Notes: generated by a model not told the origin, from the letters alone. DNA of 54,062 nt from an uncultured Porticoccaceae bacterium (GCA_964462265.1 CAYWXW010000003.1:2868-56929); one strand, 5' to 3'; shown: positions 45,554-54,062, numbered from the stretch's first letter. Made by a program: numbers and translations.

Positions 45554-46699
45554 ATGAAATTAATTAAACCTAGTTTTTATGAGCTTGATAAAGACGTAGA
45601 GTTAGATTACAAAAAGAAAATTGAAAGATGCACTCGCATTGCCTATAAATCAGAAGACAAAATGGAAAATATGCTATTTAATGTTGATACACAAAATCAA
45701 ATGAATGATAAGGAAAAAGAAGAAGCAGAGAAAAGGAAAAAAGAAATAGAAATAGACTCTAAAAGAATTACTTTTTTATCTTCCGTTATCAATAGAGGTC
45801 ATACATCTGTATTAGAACATTATAGAGTATGCTTCAAAATTACTGGTGATTTTATAAATGATTTTATAGAATTTGAAGAAAGACCAGCCCCATCATTTTT
45901 TAAAAAGAATAAAACAATAAAAGTTGCCAATAAAACAAAATTTATTGAACACCCACATATTCGATTTAATTATGATTATAAAGAGGAAGCTGTATATTTG
46001 AGTGGTAATTTGAGAGCATTTTATGATTTACATTATCATGGTGATGATTCTAAACGTAAATCAATGCAGTATATTATGTCACATTTAGGTAGACATTATA
46101 GTATTTTCTTTACACATCAAACAAATTTTCTATCTGATGACATAGAAGAGATTGATCCTTTTACAATTCCTAATTTGGAAATAAGATCATATCATACATA
46201 TAAAACAATGATTTTTGTTACAAATAGAGGGGTTAGTCATGAATCAGTTCGACACAGAGTAGCTAGCTTTTCACAGGAAAGTACGAGATATTGCTCCTAT
46301 GATAAAGATAAGTTTGGTAATGAGATTACATTTATAGATCCAACAACAACATTAGACTCGATATTTAAAAATGATAAAAAATATGGTACGCTAGATTATA
46401 TGAAACAAAATATACCTGAGATCATAGATACAATAAATATGATTTATGGTGATATAGAAAAAGCATACATGCATCTTAAATCTTTAGGTTGTCCACCTGA
46501 TGTTGCTCGTAATGTTTTACCAATAGGTGTTAAAACTGAATTTGCGATAACACAAACAATGCATTGGTGGAGAGAATTTTTTAAATTAAGAACAACAAAG
46601 CATGTGCATCCCGATATGTTATATTTATCTCGTCCTTTATTGGGTCATTTTAAAGAAAAATACCCTGAATTGTTTAATGATATAAGTTATGGAGATTAA
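45554..46699 (+). CDS. thyX: FAD-dependent thymidylate synthase ThyX (with extra inserted segments)
   Basis: RGHTSVLEH and the ThyX signature RHRVASFSQESTRY (RHRxxSxxxxSxRY). 381 aa is much longer than typical ThyX. Confidence 0.85.
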   Translation: MKLIKPSFYELDKDVELDYKKKIERCTRIAYKSEDKMENMLFNVDTQNQMNDKEKEEAEKRKKEIEIDSKRITFLSSVINRGHTSVLEHYRVCFKITGDFINDFIEFEERPAPSFFKKNKTIKVANKTKFIEHPHIRFNYDYKEEAVYLSGNLRAFYDLHYHGDDSKRKSMQYIMSHLGRHYSIFFTHQTNFLSDDIEEIDPFTIPNLEIRSYHTYKTMIFVTNRGVSHESVRHRVASFSQESTRYCSYDKDKFGNEITFIDPTTTLDSIFKNDKKYGTLDYMKQNIPEIIDTINMIYGDIEKAYMHLKSLGCPPDVARNVLPIGVKTEFAITQTMHWWREFFKLRTTKHVHPDMLYLSRPLLGHFKEKYPELFNDISYGD

Positions 46700-46701
46700 T
46701 A

Positions 46702-46866
46702 ATGAATATTAAATATTTTTTTGATGAGATGGTCGAAGAATCCGAAAATAATATAGATTGGGAAAATATAAATAGTGTTAAAGATTTGTTACCAAGATTA
46801 ATAAAAATTGAAATATTAATAAAAGCCAAAATGATTAATGAAGGTGTTTATGATGAAAAGTTCTAA
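46702..46866 (+). CDS. small hypothetical protein (54 aa, below the track cutoff)
   Basis: ATG with GGAG 7 nt upstream, inside the thyX 3' end. Hand translation gives MNIKYFFDEMVEESENNIDWENINSVKDLLPRLIKIEILIKAKMINEGVYDEKF. Confidence 0.4.
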   Translation: MNIKYFFDEMVEESENNIDWENINSVKDLLPRLIKIEILIKAKMINEGVYDEKF

Positions 46867-47368
46867 AATAAAAATTAAAAAAGGAAAAAAGAAAGAAAAA
46901 CCAAAATTTATTAAAACAACTTTTACATGTCCTAAATGTAAAACAATTAATGATGTTTCAGCAAGTGGGTATGGTAATCATCTCAGATCATGTAAAGGAT
47001 GTAGTGAACAGATAATGTTTGAGTATGAAGCACCATTGAGACATTATTCACAATTATCTGAGGATAAAATAAGCAAATTACCAGAAGATTTACAAGAGCA
47101 GGTTCGTAAAGAAATTCAAGAAATAAAAGATAGAGAAGAACTTGAAAGAAAAAATCCAGATTTAAAAAAAGAAAGATTAGCAATGGAAAAGAAAAATAAA
47201 CCTACTGATCTTATAACAACAAGAGGTCAGATGATTATTGCAAAAATGATTGAGGAAGGTTTAAATATAGATACTGATGATCCAGATGAGGATTTAAATA
47301 ATAAAAAAAGATTTATTGAAATATTTAAAGAGGTAACAGGGCAAGATATAAATATTGAAGATTTATAG
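46850..47368 (+). CDS. zinc-ribbon protein with charged C-terminal region
   Basis: CPKCKT...CKGC. ATG 46850 is preferred, behind GAAGGTG; the track start is 46838. Confidence 0.55.
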   Translation: MMKSSKIKIKKGKKKEKPKFIKTTFTCPKCKTINDVSASGYGNHLRSCKGCSEQIMFEYEAPLRHYSQLSEDKISKLPEDLQEQVRKEIQEIKDREELERKNPDLKKERLAMEKKNKPTDLITTRGQMIIAKMIEEGLNIDTDDPDEDLNNKKRFIEIFKEVTGQDINIEDL

Positions 47369-47379
47369 AGGGGAGTAAA

Positions 47380-47874
47380 ATGAGACAAGGTTGGAATAAA
47401 TATTTTATTGAGTTAACCAAAGAGATAGCTAAAAGATCAACATGCATCAGAAGACAGGTTGGTGCGATAATTATTAAAGATAATCGCATTTTAGCAACTG
47501 GTTATAATGGTGCTCCATCTAGTATTGATCATTGCACTGATAAAGGTATATGCATGCGTACAGAGAGAAATATAAAATCGGGAACAAACATTGAAACTTG
47601 TATGGCTGTACATGCAGAACAAAATGCATTAATACAATGTGCTAAATATGGTCTATCTGCTAAAGACTCTAAAATATTTATTACTCACCAACCTTGTTCA
47701 GTTTGTACTAAGCTAATAATACAGGCTGGTATTACTGAAATCTTTTTTATTGAGTCTTACCCTGATGAATTTGCAATGGAATTACTCTCTATGAGCAAAA
47801 TAAATGTTTACCAATACAATGGCATTAATTTTGATATTATATTTGAACATGGTCAACTTCAATATGGAGAATAG
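47380..47874 (+). CDS. cd: dCMP deaminase
   Basis: Zinc-binding HAEQNAL and PCSVCTKLI, with GYNGAP upstream. Confidence 0.88.
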   Translation: MRQGWNKYFIELTKEIAKRSTCIRRQVGAIIIKDNRILATGYNGAPSSIDHCTDKGICMRTERNIKSGTNIETCMAVHAEQNALIQCAKYGLSAKDSKIFITHQPCSVCTKLIIQAGITEIFFIESYPDEFAMELLSMSKINVYQYNGINFDIIFEHGQLQYGE

Positions 47875-47876
47875 TT

Positions 47877-48533
47877 ATGGGTAACACTAATAACTCTTAT
47901 ATAAAAGATTTTGATAAGATTGTTGATTTTGAATTAAATGGAAAGACTTTGATCATATTAGATGGTACAGATAATAGTGGTAAAACAACAACAATAAATG
48001 AATTAAGAGAGTTATATAAAGATAGTGTTAATTTCGTTCATTTTCCTAGTGATAATCTCGTTAAATCTTTTGAATTTAAAAGATGTATCAATAATCCAAA
48101 TGTATGCAATAATACCGAATTTTTAAAAAATCTCATGATAGAAATAATTGATACCATAAGTAAATTAGACTCAGATTATATTATTGTTGATCGCATGATT
48201 TTATCATCAATGGTCTATCAGGGTCTCTATGATTTTATGAATGATGTGATAATTAATTTATATAAAGAGGTTTTTGAAAAATTAAAGATAAAAGAAATAT
48301 ATCATATAAACATGATTGGTTTTATCCAAAACGATGATTCAGAAAATGATCCAACAAAAAAGAAAATTGATGCAGATATAACATATCAAACAAAATGGAA
48401 TAATCTTTTATCGTTTATATATGAGTCAAATGAATCAATTTTTAATAATATCTATAGTTTCAAAATAAATAAAGATAATATTCATACCGTAAGAAAGAAT
48501 ATAATTAATATCATAAATAATATCATAGTTTAA
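47877..48533 (+). CDS. tmk: thymidylate (dNMP) kinase-like P-loop kinase
   Basis: ILDGTDNSGKTTT P-loop and DRMILSSMVYQG (Tmk DRY..S..AYQ-like). Confidence 0.65.
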   Translation: MGNTNNSYIKDFDKIVDFELNGKTLIILDGTDNSGKTTTINELRELYKDSVNFVHFPSDNLVKSFEFKRCINNPNVCNNTEFLKNLMIEIIDTISKLDSDYIIVDRMILSSMVYQGLYDFMNDVIINLYKEVFEKLKIKEIYHINMIGFIQNDDSENDPTKKKIDADITYQTKWNNLLSFIYESNESIFNNIYSFKINKDNIHTVRKNIINIINNIIV

Positions 48534-48552
48534 TAATCTATATTGAGGTTAA

Positions 48553-50049
48553 ATGATGTATACTCTTTATAAAGGCATTTTTATTTTTATTGCTGTTTCT
48601 TATTCTTATTTTTTGAGATTCATAACAACAGATTTAGTTATGAACATATTTTATATACTTAAAGGTTTTTTTGACGGAGAACTTTTTTGCGCTATTAGTG
48701 GTAAAGAACAATTTTATAAAGTTAAACAAGCCAATTCAGAAAAAGAAAAAGATCAATGGATAACAAGAGTTTATGAATATTTAGAAGACCCACTGCATGG
48801 TAAAATTGATTGGTTTCCTAGATTTTTAACTGTTATTATTCTAAGACGTTATTATGGAGATTGTGTTGCCGAGTATGAAAAAATAATTACAGAAAGAGGA
48901 AATATACCCATTAAAGATTTAAATAAAAATGATAAAGTTTTATCCTATAATTTTAATTTAAAGAAATATGAATTTAAAGAAATACTAAATCACGTCAATA
49001 AAGGTAAAAAAAATATTGTACGAGTACATTATAAAACTGGTAATTATAGCGATTTTACACCTGATCATAAAATATATCATGGGAATATAGATTATAAAGT
49101 ATCTAAAATAAAAGACATTGACATAAATAACCATAATGAAAGGAAAGTGCCAGTTATAACTAAAATGCCATATACAATTCAAGATAATGATTATTATACT
49201 GAGGATATTTGTTTTTTATTGGGTTATTATATGGCTGAAGGTTATTATTATAAAAAACGATGTTATATAGGTGGTCACGATATACCTAAATATATAATAC
49301 CAATACTAGATAAATATGATATTAAATATTCTTTGAAAATAAGAGAAGGTGATAATTTACCAATTATAGAATTTTTAACCTCTGATTTTCGTAATAATAT
49401 ATTAGGTGAGATGGTTTTAAATAGTTTTAATATTAATCCACCAAAAATATTATATAATTTACCACCTAAAAAACTTCAAAAAATATTAGATGGATATTTT
49501 TTAGGTGATGGTCATATGAGAGAAAATAAAGAAAAATGTTATTCCACATCTTGTGATATTTTAAAAGATTTTATTGTTGAAATATCTTTTAAAATTGGAA
49601 ATCCTGTTGCACCATATCATCAGTTAAAACATGGTGGTGTTGGTAATAAACCGATTTGGAGAATATATGATCGCCCAAAAGCGTTTCATAAAAAAAATTA
49701 TGGTTATACTAATTTAAGTGAAACACATATTAAAAAAATTGAAAACTTAAATGATAAAGTTAATGTTTATGATATTGAGGTTAAAGATAATCATAACTTT
49801 ATTATGGCAAATAGTGGAGTAATAGTCCATAATTGTGACGATTTTGGAATATTAGCTAGATATATGTATGGTGACGGTAAACTTTATTCAATATTACCAT
49901 ATAATAAAAAATATTGGAATAGAATGCATGTTGTCTATGTACGTAATAATAAAATATATAGTTCTGATAAAATATATTTTATGAGTTTACAAGAGTATTT
50001 AGATAGATATTATAATAGTATTGATTATTTTAAATTAAAAGTTATTTAA
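48553..50049 (+). CDS. membrane-anchored transglutaminase-like (BTLCP-type) cysteine peptidase interrupted by an intein
   Basis: The joined exteins read ...DWFPRFLTVIILRRYYGD|CDDFGILARYMYGDG...MHVVYV...SSD, a GDC(D/E)D(F/Y) Cys-His-Asp layout. There is an N-terminal hydrophobic segment. Confidence 0.6.
   Translation: MMYTLYKGIFIFIAVSYSYFLRFITTDLVMNIFYILKGFFDGELFCAISGKEQFYKVKQANSEKEKDQWITRVYEYLEDPLHGKIDWFPRFLTVIILRRYYGDCVAEYEKIITERGNIPIKDLNKNDKVLSYNFNLKKYEFKEILNHVNKGKKNIVRVHYKTGNYSDFTPDHKIYHGNIDYKVSKIKDIDINNHNERKVPVITKMPYTIQDNDYYTEDICFLLGYYMAEGYYYKKRCYIGGHDIPKYIIPILDKYDIKYSLKIREGDNLPIIEFLTSDFRNNILGEMVLNSFNINPPKILYNLPPKKLQKILDGYFLGDGHMRENKEKCYSTSCDILKDFIVEISFKIGNPVAPYHQLKHGGVGNKPIWRIYDRPKAFHKKNYGYTNLSETHIKKIENLNDKVNVYDIEVKDNHNFIMANSGVIVHNCDDFGILARYMYGDGKLYSILPYNKKYWNRMHVVYVRNNKIYSSDKIYFMSLQEYLDRYYNSIDYFKLKVI
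48862..49833 (+). mobile_element. class 1 intein with LAGLIDADG homing endonuclease domain (324 aa)
   Basis: Starts CVAEYEKIITERGNIPIKDL. Block B is FTPDH. LAGLIDADG motifs LLGYYMAEGY and ILDGYFLGDGH. Ends VYDIEVKDNHNFIMANSGVIVHN, followed by the +1 Cys. Confidence 0.85.
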
Positions 50050-50501
50050 TCAACGAACTGTGAGAATTGTCTTTCTTCACCTTTAAGAAAAGCTCTATAA
50101 TCTTCAACTGAAAAATTTGGACAGGTTTTACCATTATAAAGCTCATAATGACCAACAACATCATCAATATTTAATTCGTATTTTTCAATCAACTCTAAAA
50201 CAAGTTCAGTCATTGCGGTAAACTGTTTATTTGAAAATTCTTTATCACCGATGAGACAAATAGCTATCGCACCTTCATTATGATTCTTAATTGATGAAGG
50301 AGGTGAACCAATATCTCTACCAATTTCAATTTGACCATTTAAAGCTTCCAGAAATGCGGCTGGTTTTAACCAACCATTACAAATTACAAAATGATAACCA
50401 CAACCAGACCATCCTCGCTCTTTGTGCCAATCATCGATTATTGTCTGTGAACCCCATGTAGATGCACTACAATGTAAATGAATTTTATTTATTTTTCTCA
50501 T
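50046..50501 (-). CDS. N-acetylmuramoyl-L-alanine amidase endolysin (T7 lysozyme/PGRP fold)
   Basis: IHLHCSAS...DDWHKERGWSGCGYHFVI...GHYEL...KTCPNF carries the Amidase_2 zinc ligands. Confidence 0.85.
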   Translation of the reverse strand: MRKINKIHLHCSASTWGSQTIIDDWHKERGWSGCGYHFVICNGWLKPAAFLEALNGQIEIGRDIGSPPSSIKNHNEGAIAICLIGDKEFSNKQFTAMTELVLELIEKYELNIDDVVGHYELYNGKTCPNFSVEDYRAFLKGEERQFSQFVD

Positions 50502-50778
50502 CAGTTTTACCTACAACATTGTTAATAATAGTATCATTTTTGCTGTTTAAAGCCTTGATTAATTTCTCTGCCTTTGGAAAGACGACATAACCAAGCAAAA
50601 ATATAAACACATTAAAAAGTGTTGCTGGCGCATCCTGTGGTGTTTTGCCTTTATAAACAGCGATAGCATAGAGCACCCAAAAAAACACCAAACAAGTGAA
50701 TGTTAACCACAATAAGACTGCACCTTTAGATATTGTATCTTGACCATTTTTATCCATGATTAAATGTTTAATATGCAT
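50485..50778 (-). CDS. putative holin
   Basis: 97 aa with two hydrophobic helices (AVLLWLTFTCLVFFWVLYAIAVY and LFNVFIFLLGYVVF) and a charged C-terminus. It overlaps the endolysin start. Confidence 0.6.
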   Translation of the reverse strand: MHIKHLIMDKNGQDTISKGAVLLWLTFTCLVFFWVLYAIAVYKGKTPQDAPATLFNVFIFLLGYVVFPKAEKLIKALNSKNDTIINNVVGKTDEKNK

Positions 50779-50787
50779 CTTAGTCTC

Positions 50788-50895
50788 CTAACTACAAATA
50801 TGTACAATAATTGGCATCATAATCATTATTATGACTGCACTATAACCGAGAACTCTAAATGTTAAAGGTAATTGTTTACGTGTTAAAAATTCCAT
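50788..50895 (-). CDS. small hydrophobic peptide (35 aa)
   Basis: Hand translation gives MEFLTRKQLPLTFRVLGYSAVIIMIMMPIIVHICS. GAGG is upstream, and the ORF lies immediately upstream of the holin. Confidence 0.35.
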   Translation of the reverse strand: MEFLTRKQLPLTFRVLGYSAVIIMIMMPIIVHICS

Positions 50896-50902
50896 AATAA
50901 CC

Positions 50903-51493
50903 TCACTTATTAAGTTTATTAAATTCTTTAAAATACTTATCCATATCACCATTAATATTACAAGTATGTTTTTCTAAATCACAAATAGCAAAAAATAATG
51001 ATAATAAAATTAATGAAAAAACATTATATAATTTGTGATCTTGTGATCTTTTTCCAAAATCAGACATAATGATATCATGTATCATTTGATTTATTTCTTT
51101 TATTCTGGGTGCATGGTATGCCGATACTCTATCAATTAGTTGAACTGGTATACCCATACTGATCGCATCACTATAACTCTTTTGTAGAATTGTTTTAGAA
51201 ACATCTTGCATATATGATGCTAATTCAGCATCATTTTCAAAACCATTTCTAGAATAATAATAATCTAATTCTTTTAATAAGATTTCTCTATAATATTTAA
51301 GACGTAAATCAAATATTATTATTAGTGCATGCTTTTTCTTTTGTATATCTAATGATGGTAATACTTGCTTACGCATGCGTTTAATTTCTGAAAATAATAA
51401 ATGTTTTCTAAGATCAAATTTATTATTATATTTACTTAAAACTTGAACCAATCCGATAATCTCTTTAACGAGATTAATAATTTTTTTAATCAT
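50903..51493 (-). CDS. hypothetical protein with C-terminal hydrophobic helix
   Basis: 196-aa ORF in the late operon, with the helix VFSLILLSLFFAICDL. Confidence 0.55.
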   Translation of the reverse strand: MIKKIINLVKEIIGLVQVLSKYNNKFDLRKHLLFSEIKRMRKQVLPSLDIQKKKHALIIIFDLRLKYYREILLKELDYYYSRNGFENDAELASYMQDVSKTILQKSYSDAISMGIPVQLIDRVSAYHAPRIKEINQMIHDIIMSDFGKRSQDHKLYNVFSLILLSLFFAICDLEKHTCNINGDMDKYFKEFNKLNK

Positions 51494-52107
51494 AAGTCTC
51501 TCAATATTCTAATTATCAAATCTCTTATAAAAAAATCAATAGCCATTAATAACATTTCTATTTTTTGTTTTTTAGTTTTATAGAATTTATCTTGTAGAGT
51601 ATCATCAACGCTTAAAGTAACTGTAGTTTTTACTTTTAATATTGAACTGATTATCAGATCTTTATTTTTCTTATTGCATATTGAATCATCTATTTGTTTA
51701 TGAAATCTTTTATAGAAAACTTTAAATGCTTTTTTTAAATAAACGTCATTTAAAACAGTTTTACCATCAATTAAATCATTTAAATAAAATTTTAATGATT
51801 GATCAATATTATCAATTAGAATAATTAAACCAATTTCTAAATTTTTATTTGAGTCATGTAATTTTTCTTCAATATCAATTTTAATATTTTTTAAATTATA
51901 GAAAATTGGTGAGAGAAAATAATAATTAATTGCGGATTTTTTTATACCTATTTTGATTTTATTTCTGAGTAAAAAAGATATAAAACCAAGTAATGATATA
52001 ATCCAACTTATATAATCTGCATAGTTCGCATTTTTAAAATAATTAAGTATTGATTCAATTGGTACATTAATGGTTATATTTGTAAAATCTATCATAAAAT
52101 TTCTCAT
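51490..52107 (-). CDS. hypothetical membrane protein
   Basis: 205-aa ORF with the helix ISWIISLLGFISFLL. It is the first gene after a late promoter. Confidence 0.55.
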   Translation of the reverse strand: MRNFMIDFTNITINVPIESILNYFKNANYADYISWIISLLGFISFLLRNKIKIGIKKSAINYYFLSPIFYNLKNIKIDIEEKLHDSNKNLEIGLIILIDNIDQSLKFYLNDLIDGKTVLNDVYLKKAFKVFYKRFHKQIDDSICNKKNKDLIISSILKVKTTVTLSVDDTLQDKFYKTKKQKIEMLLMAIDFFIRDLIIRILRDL

Positions 52108-52138
52108 AACAAAAATAATTTTTATTTAGCTTTACAAA

Positions 52139-52146
52139 TATTTATA
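52139..52146 (-). promoter_or_regulatory. T4-type late promoter TATAAATA upstream of the lysis-region operon
   Basis: Exact octamer 31 nt upstream of ATG 52107. Confidence 0.55.
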
Positions 52147-52154
52147 ATGGAAAA

Positions 52155-52415
52155 TTATTCACCTTCTAGCTTTACCATTGTTAACCATTTTTGGGCATAT
52201 AGTTTGCCAAGAAGATCAAAATTTTGAGTAAAATAAAACTCTTTGGTTTCAAAACTAACAATAGAATCGGGTGTGCAATAATTATCAATTTCTGTTTTAA
52301 CTAAGGCATGCAGACGAGATAATCCATCAAATATCTGTTCTTTATTAGTATTAACAAATTTCATTTCCATAAAGAAAGCAGTTGTAGCAATCAGCAGAGC
52401 TTTATCAAAATCCAT
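52155..52415 (-). CDS. hypothetical protein
   Basis: 86-aa ORF immediately after the 269-aa gene. Confidence 0.5.
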   Translation of the reverse strand: MDFDKALLIATTAFFMEMKFVNTNKEQIFDGLSRLHALVKTEIDNYCTPDSIVSFETKEFYFTQNFDLLGKLYAQKWLTMVKLEGE

Positions 52416-52417
52416 AT

Positions 52418-53227
52418 TTATATCTCCACGTTAGGTCTATAAGTTTCTATCAGTTCTCTGTACTCTTTTTTAGACAACACCATTGTTACTACACCTTCAA
52501 GTGTTTCAATATTATCTATAGTGAAATATGAATCAAGATATTCAAGACTTCCAACAGCATCACCATTTTTGTCTTCTTCAGAAACAATACCTCGGAGATA
52601 CTGTTCCCATGTTTTCTGAATCATATTTTCTGTTGGTACAAGTTCCTGAACGTCATAGTTTTCAAACTGCAATACATTTTCCACATATGACTCTTCAACC
52701 TTGACAGGACTCATTTCTTTTGTTTCATCTGAAAGTAAGTCCTCATATTGCTGTTCTGTGAGTATTGTGTACTCTGTTCCTGTGTTATTATCTACCCACA
52801 CGGGTCTCTGTTCCCCATCAACTTCCACGAACTTGTTTACAAGTCTTGTTCTTTCTTCAGGAACAATAACCTGTCTTTCGGAAGTTTCTCCAGTCACTGG
52901 GTCTGTGTACTCTTCCATGAGTGGCCTTGATTTTATAACCGTACCCATAACCATTTCTGGAGTTTGACTATTAGGCAACCATTCTGGAACGGGATCTGTC
53001 AAGTCTTTCTTTTTAAGCTGTACGCAAAATGGATATCTCCCGAACACTAGTCCTTTTGCTTTGAAGTTCTTCACCTCTGTAAAGGACATACTGTCTAGAT
53101 TGATATTATCCAGTTCAACCTCGTCAGGATTATAACTTTTGTTCTTTAAGTTCTGACTTAGCATTAACTGAATGACATCCATGTCGATATCAGTTTTTTT
53201 GAATTTCACTTTAGTTTTCTTTGGCAT
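52418..53227 (-). CDS. hypothetical protein downstream of the tail fibre gene (possible fibre accessory or structural protein)
   Basis: 269-aa ORF with GAGGAG upstream. Its GC content is clearly higher than in the neighbouring genes. Confidence 0.5.
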   Translation of the reverse strand: MPKKTKVKFKKTDIDMDVIQLMLSQNLKNKSYNPDEVELDNINLDSMSFTEVKNFKAKGLVFGRYPFCVQLKKKDLTDPVPEWLPNSQTPEMVMGTVIKSRPLMEEYTDPVTGETSERQVIVPEERTRLVNKFVEVDGEQRPVWVDNNTGTEYTILTEQQYEDLLSDETKEMSPVKVEESYVENVLQFENYDVQELVPTENMIQKTWEQYLRGIVSEEDKNGDAVGSLEYLDSYFTIDNIETLEGVVTMVLSKKEYRELIETYRPNVEI

Positions 53228-53230
53228 TAT

Positions 53231-54062
53231 TTACTCCTCATTTATGTTATTGTAGTTTTTAACTCGATCTTTTAATTCAGCTTTTTCCTGATCAAAAACA
53301 GATTCAGCATCATTGGGATTTTTCAGCTTAGCTATGTTTGTTAAAGGATTTCCAAAGACATCATTTTCAGGATCAGATTGATCTGCTGGAATGAAAACTT
53401 CCTTAACTGAAATGTAATCTATTGTAAAATCTTCATTTTGTGTTTGCACGTCATTTCTAGCTATATTTAAGTAAAATCTTTCGTCATCGCCATTATTAGG
53501 AATTACAACTCTGTATATACCTGCTTCGTAAAAACGATGTAATATAGTGGTTGAACTTCCAATAGCAATTGAGACTTCACCTAATGTTAAATCAGTAATA
53601 GAGATTTCAACTAAGTACGGTTTTTCATACTTACATACCCCTGTTTGATACATTGTTGCCCATTGTACCACATTATCATTAACACAATGTGCATGACCTG
53701 TTGGTGATTCTTCAATGTATTTTGTTGCATCTTCTGTGAAATTAACAACCCAACCGTCAGGATCGCCAGCAGTCCAATCTGTAAAGTCACCATTAGTTAA
53801 AAGCTCATCTCCAACGCTGAATCCATATTCATTATTGTAATTGATGTCTTTGAGTCGTTTCCATGCATCATCTGGTTGTATTGCTAATACATCTAATTCA
53901 AGACTTCCAGCATTTGTTGCATGATTTCCATTTCCAGAAACATCATAAAGACTCCCAGCAAGTGGATATCTAGCGATTATGTCACCATTTGCATCTTCAA
54001 ATTTAACATCCCACATTTTATAGGGTGCTACAAATCCCTGATAAGTTGTTTCAGACTCAAAC
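53231..54062 (-). CDS. C-terminal part of a tail fibre / receptor-binding protein with a carbohydrate-binding-module-like domain; N-terminus lies beyond the window
   Basis: The reading frame stays open upstream of the track Met at 54016 (FESETTYQGFVAPYK-MWDV...), all the way to the window edge. LTNGDFTDWTAGDPDGWVV is typical of CBM/jelly-roll modules in fibres. Confidence 0.55.
   Translation of the reverse strand, partial: FESETTYQGFVAPYKMWDVKFEDANGDIIARYPLAGSLYDVSGNGNHATNAGSLELDVLAIQPDDAWKRLKDINYNNEYGFSVGDELLTNGDFTDWTAGDPDGWVVNFTEDATKYIEESPTGHAHCVNDNVVQWATMYQTGVCKYEKPYLVEISITDLTLGEVSIAIGSSTTILHRFYEAGIYRVVIPNNGDDERFYLNIARNDVQTQNEDFTIDYISVKEVFIPADQSDPENDVFGNPLTNIAKLKNPNDAESVFDQEKAELKDRVKNYNNINEE

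Noticed and set aside
52701-53793. ORFs at 52701-52967(+), 52748-52930(+) and 53611-53793(-)
   Set aside because: They are nested within or out of frame with the longer 269-aa and tail-fibre ORFs. Higher GC in this region simply reduces the number of chance stop codons.

Overview
This AT-rich window is a segment of a T4-like myovirus genome. 60-nt lines I counted by hand are about 12-27% GC in most genes and 33-42% in a few structural genes. All calls rest on motif-level comparison with T4 proteins and enzyme families as I remember them; no database search was possible. Content from left to right: head morphogenesis genes (scaffold, gp21 protease, gp20 portal, gp2-like, gp4); a long minus-strand replication and recombination block (topo II gp52 and a fused gp39/60, gp43 polymerase, gp61 primase, RNase H, RegA, gp47, gp44, gp45, gp32, UvsW, Dda) with baseplate and neck genes embedded in it (gp48-like, gp14-like, gp13); then a plus-strand block (gp46 Rad50-like, NAD ligase, ThyX, dCMP deaminase, Tmk); then a late lysis cassette and the C-terminal part of a tail fibre gene. 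T4-type late promoters (TATAAATA) precede structural and lysis genes. Items worth a second look: (1) a 1.5-kb ORF-free island (37234-38768) between divergent operons, holding a palindrome cluster, GC-rich islands and iteron-like repeats; (2) a recurrent TTTGTTG(T/C)TA(A/T)G motif in front of at least 12 genes, which resembles the T4 RegA operator; (3) a non-T4 enzyme island (SLOG/DUF2493, a PLP ACC-deaminase-like enzyme, two tandem DUF2156/MprF-C-like paralogs, a CxxCxxCC protein, an SPPY methyltransferase); (4) an untracked 59-aa ORF that looks like a stand-alone NrdD glycyl-radical domain; (5) a LAGLIDADG intein inserted at the catalytic Cys of a transglutaminase-like peptidase; (6) two zinc-ribbon plus Vsr-like homing-endonuclease-type genes bracketing uvsW; (7) an 18-bp perfect hairpin inside a small ORF between gp45 and gp44. 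I found no tRNA, rRNA or CRISPR array.
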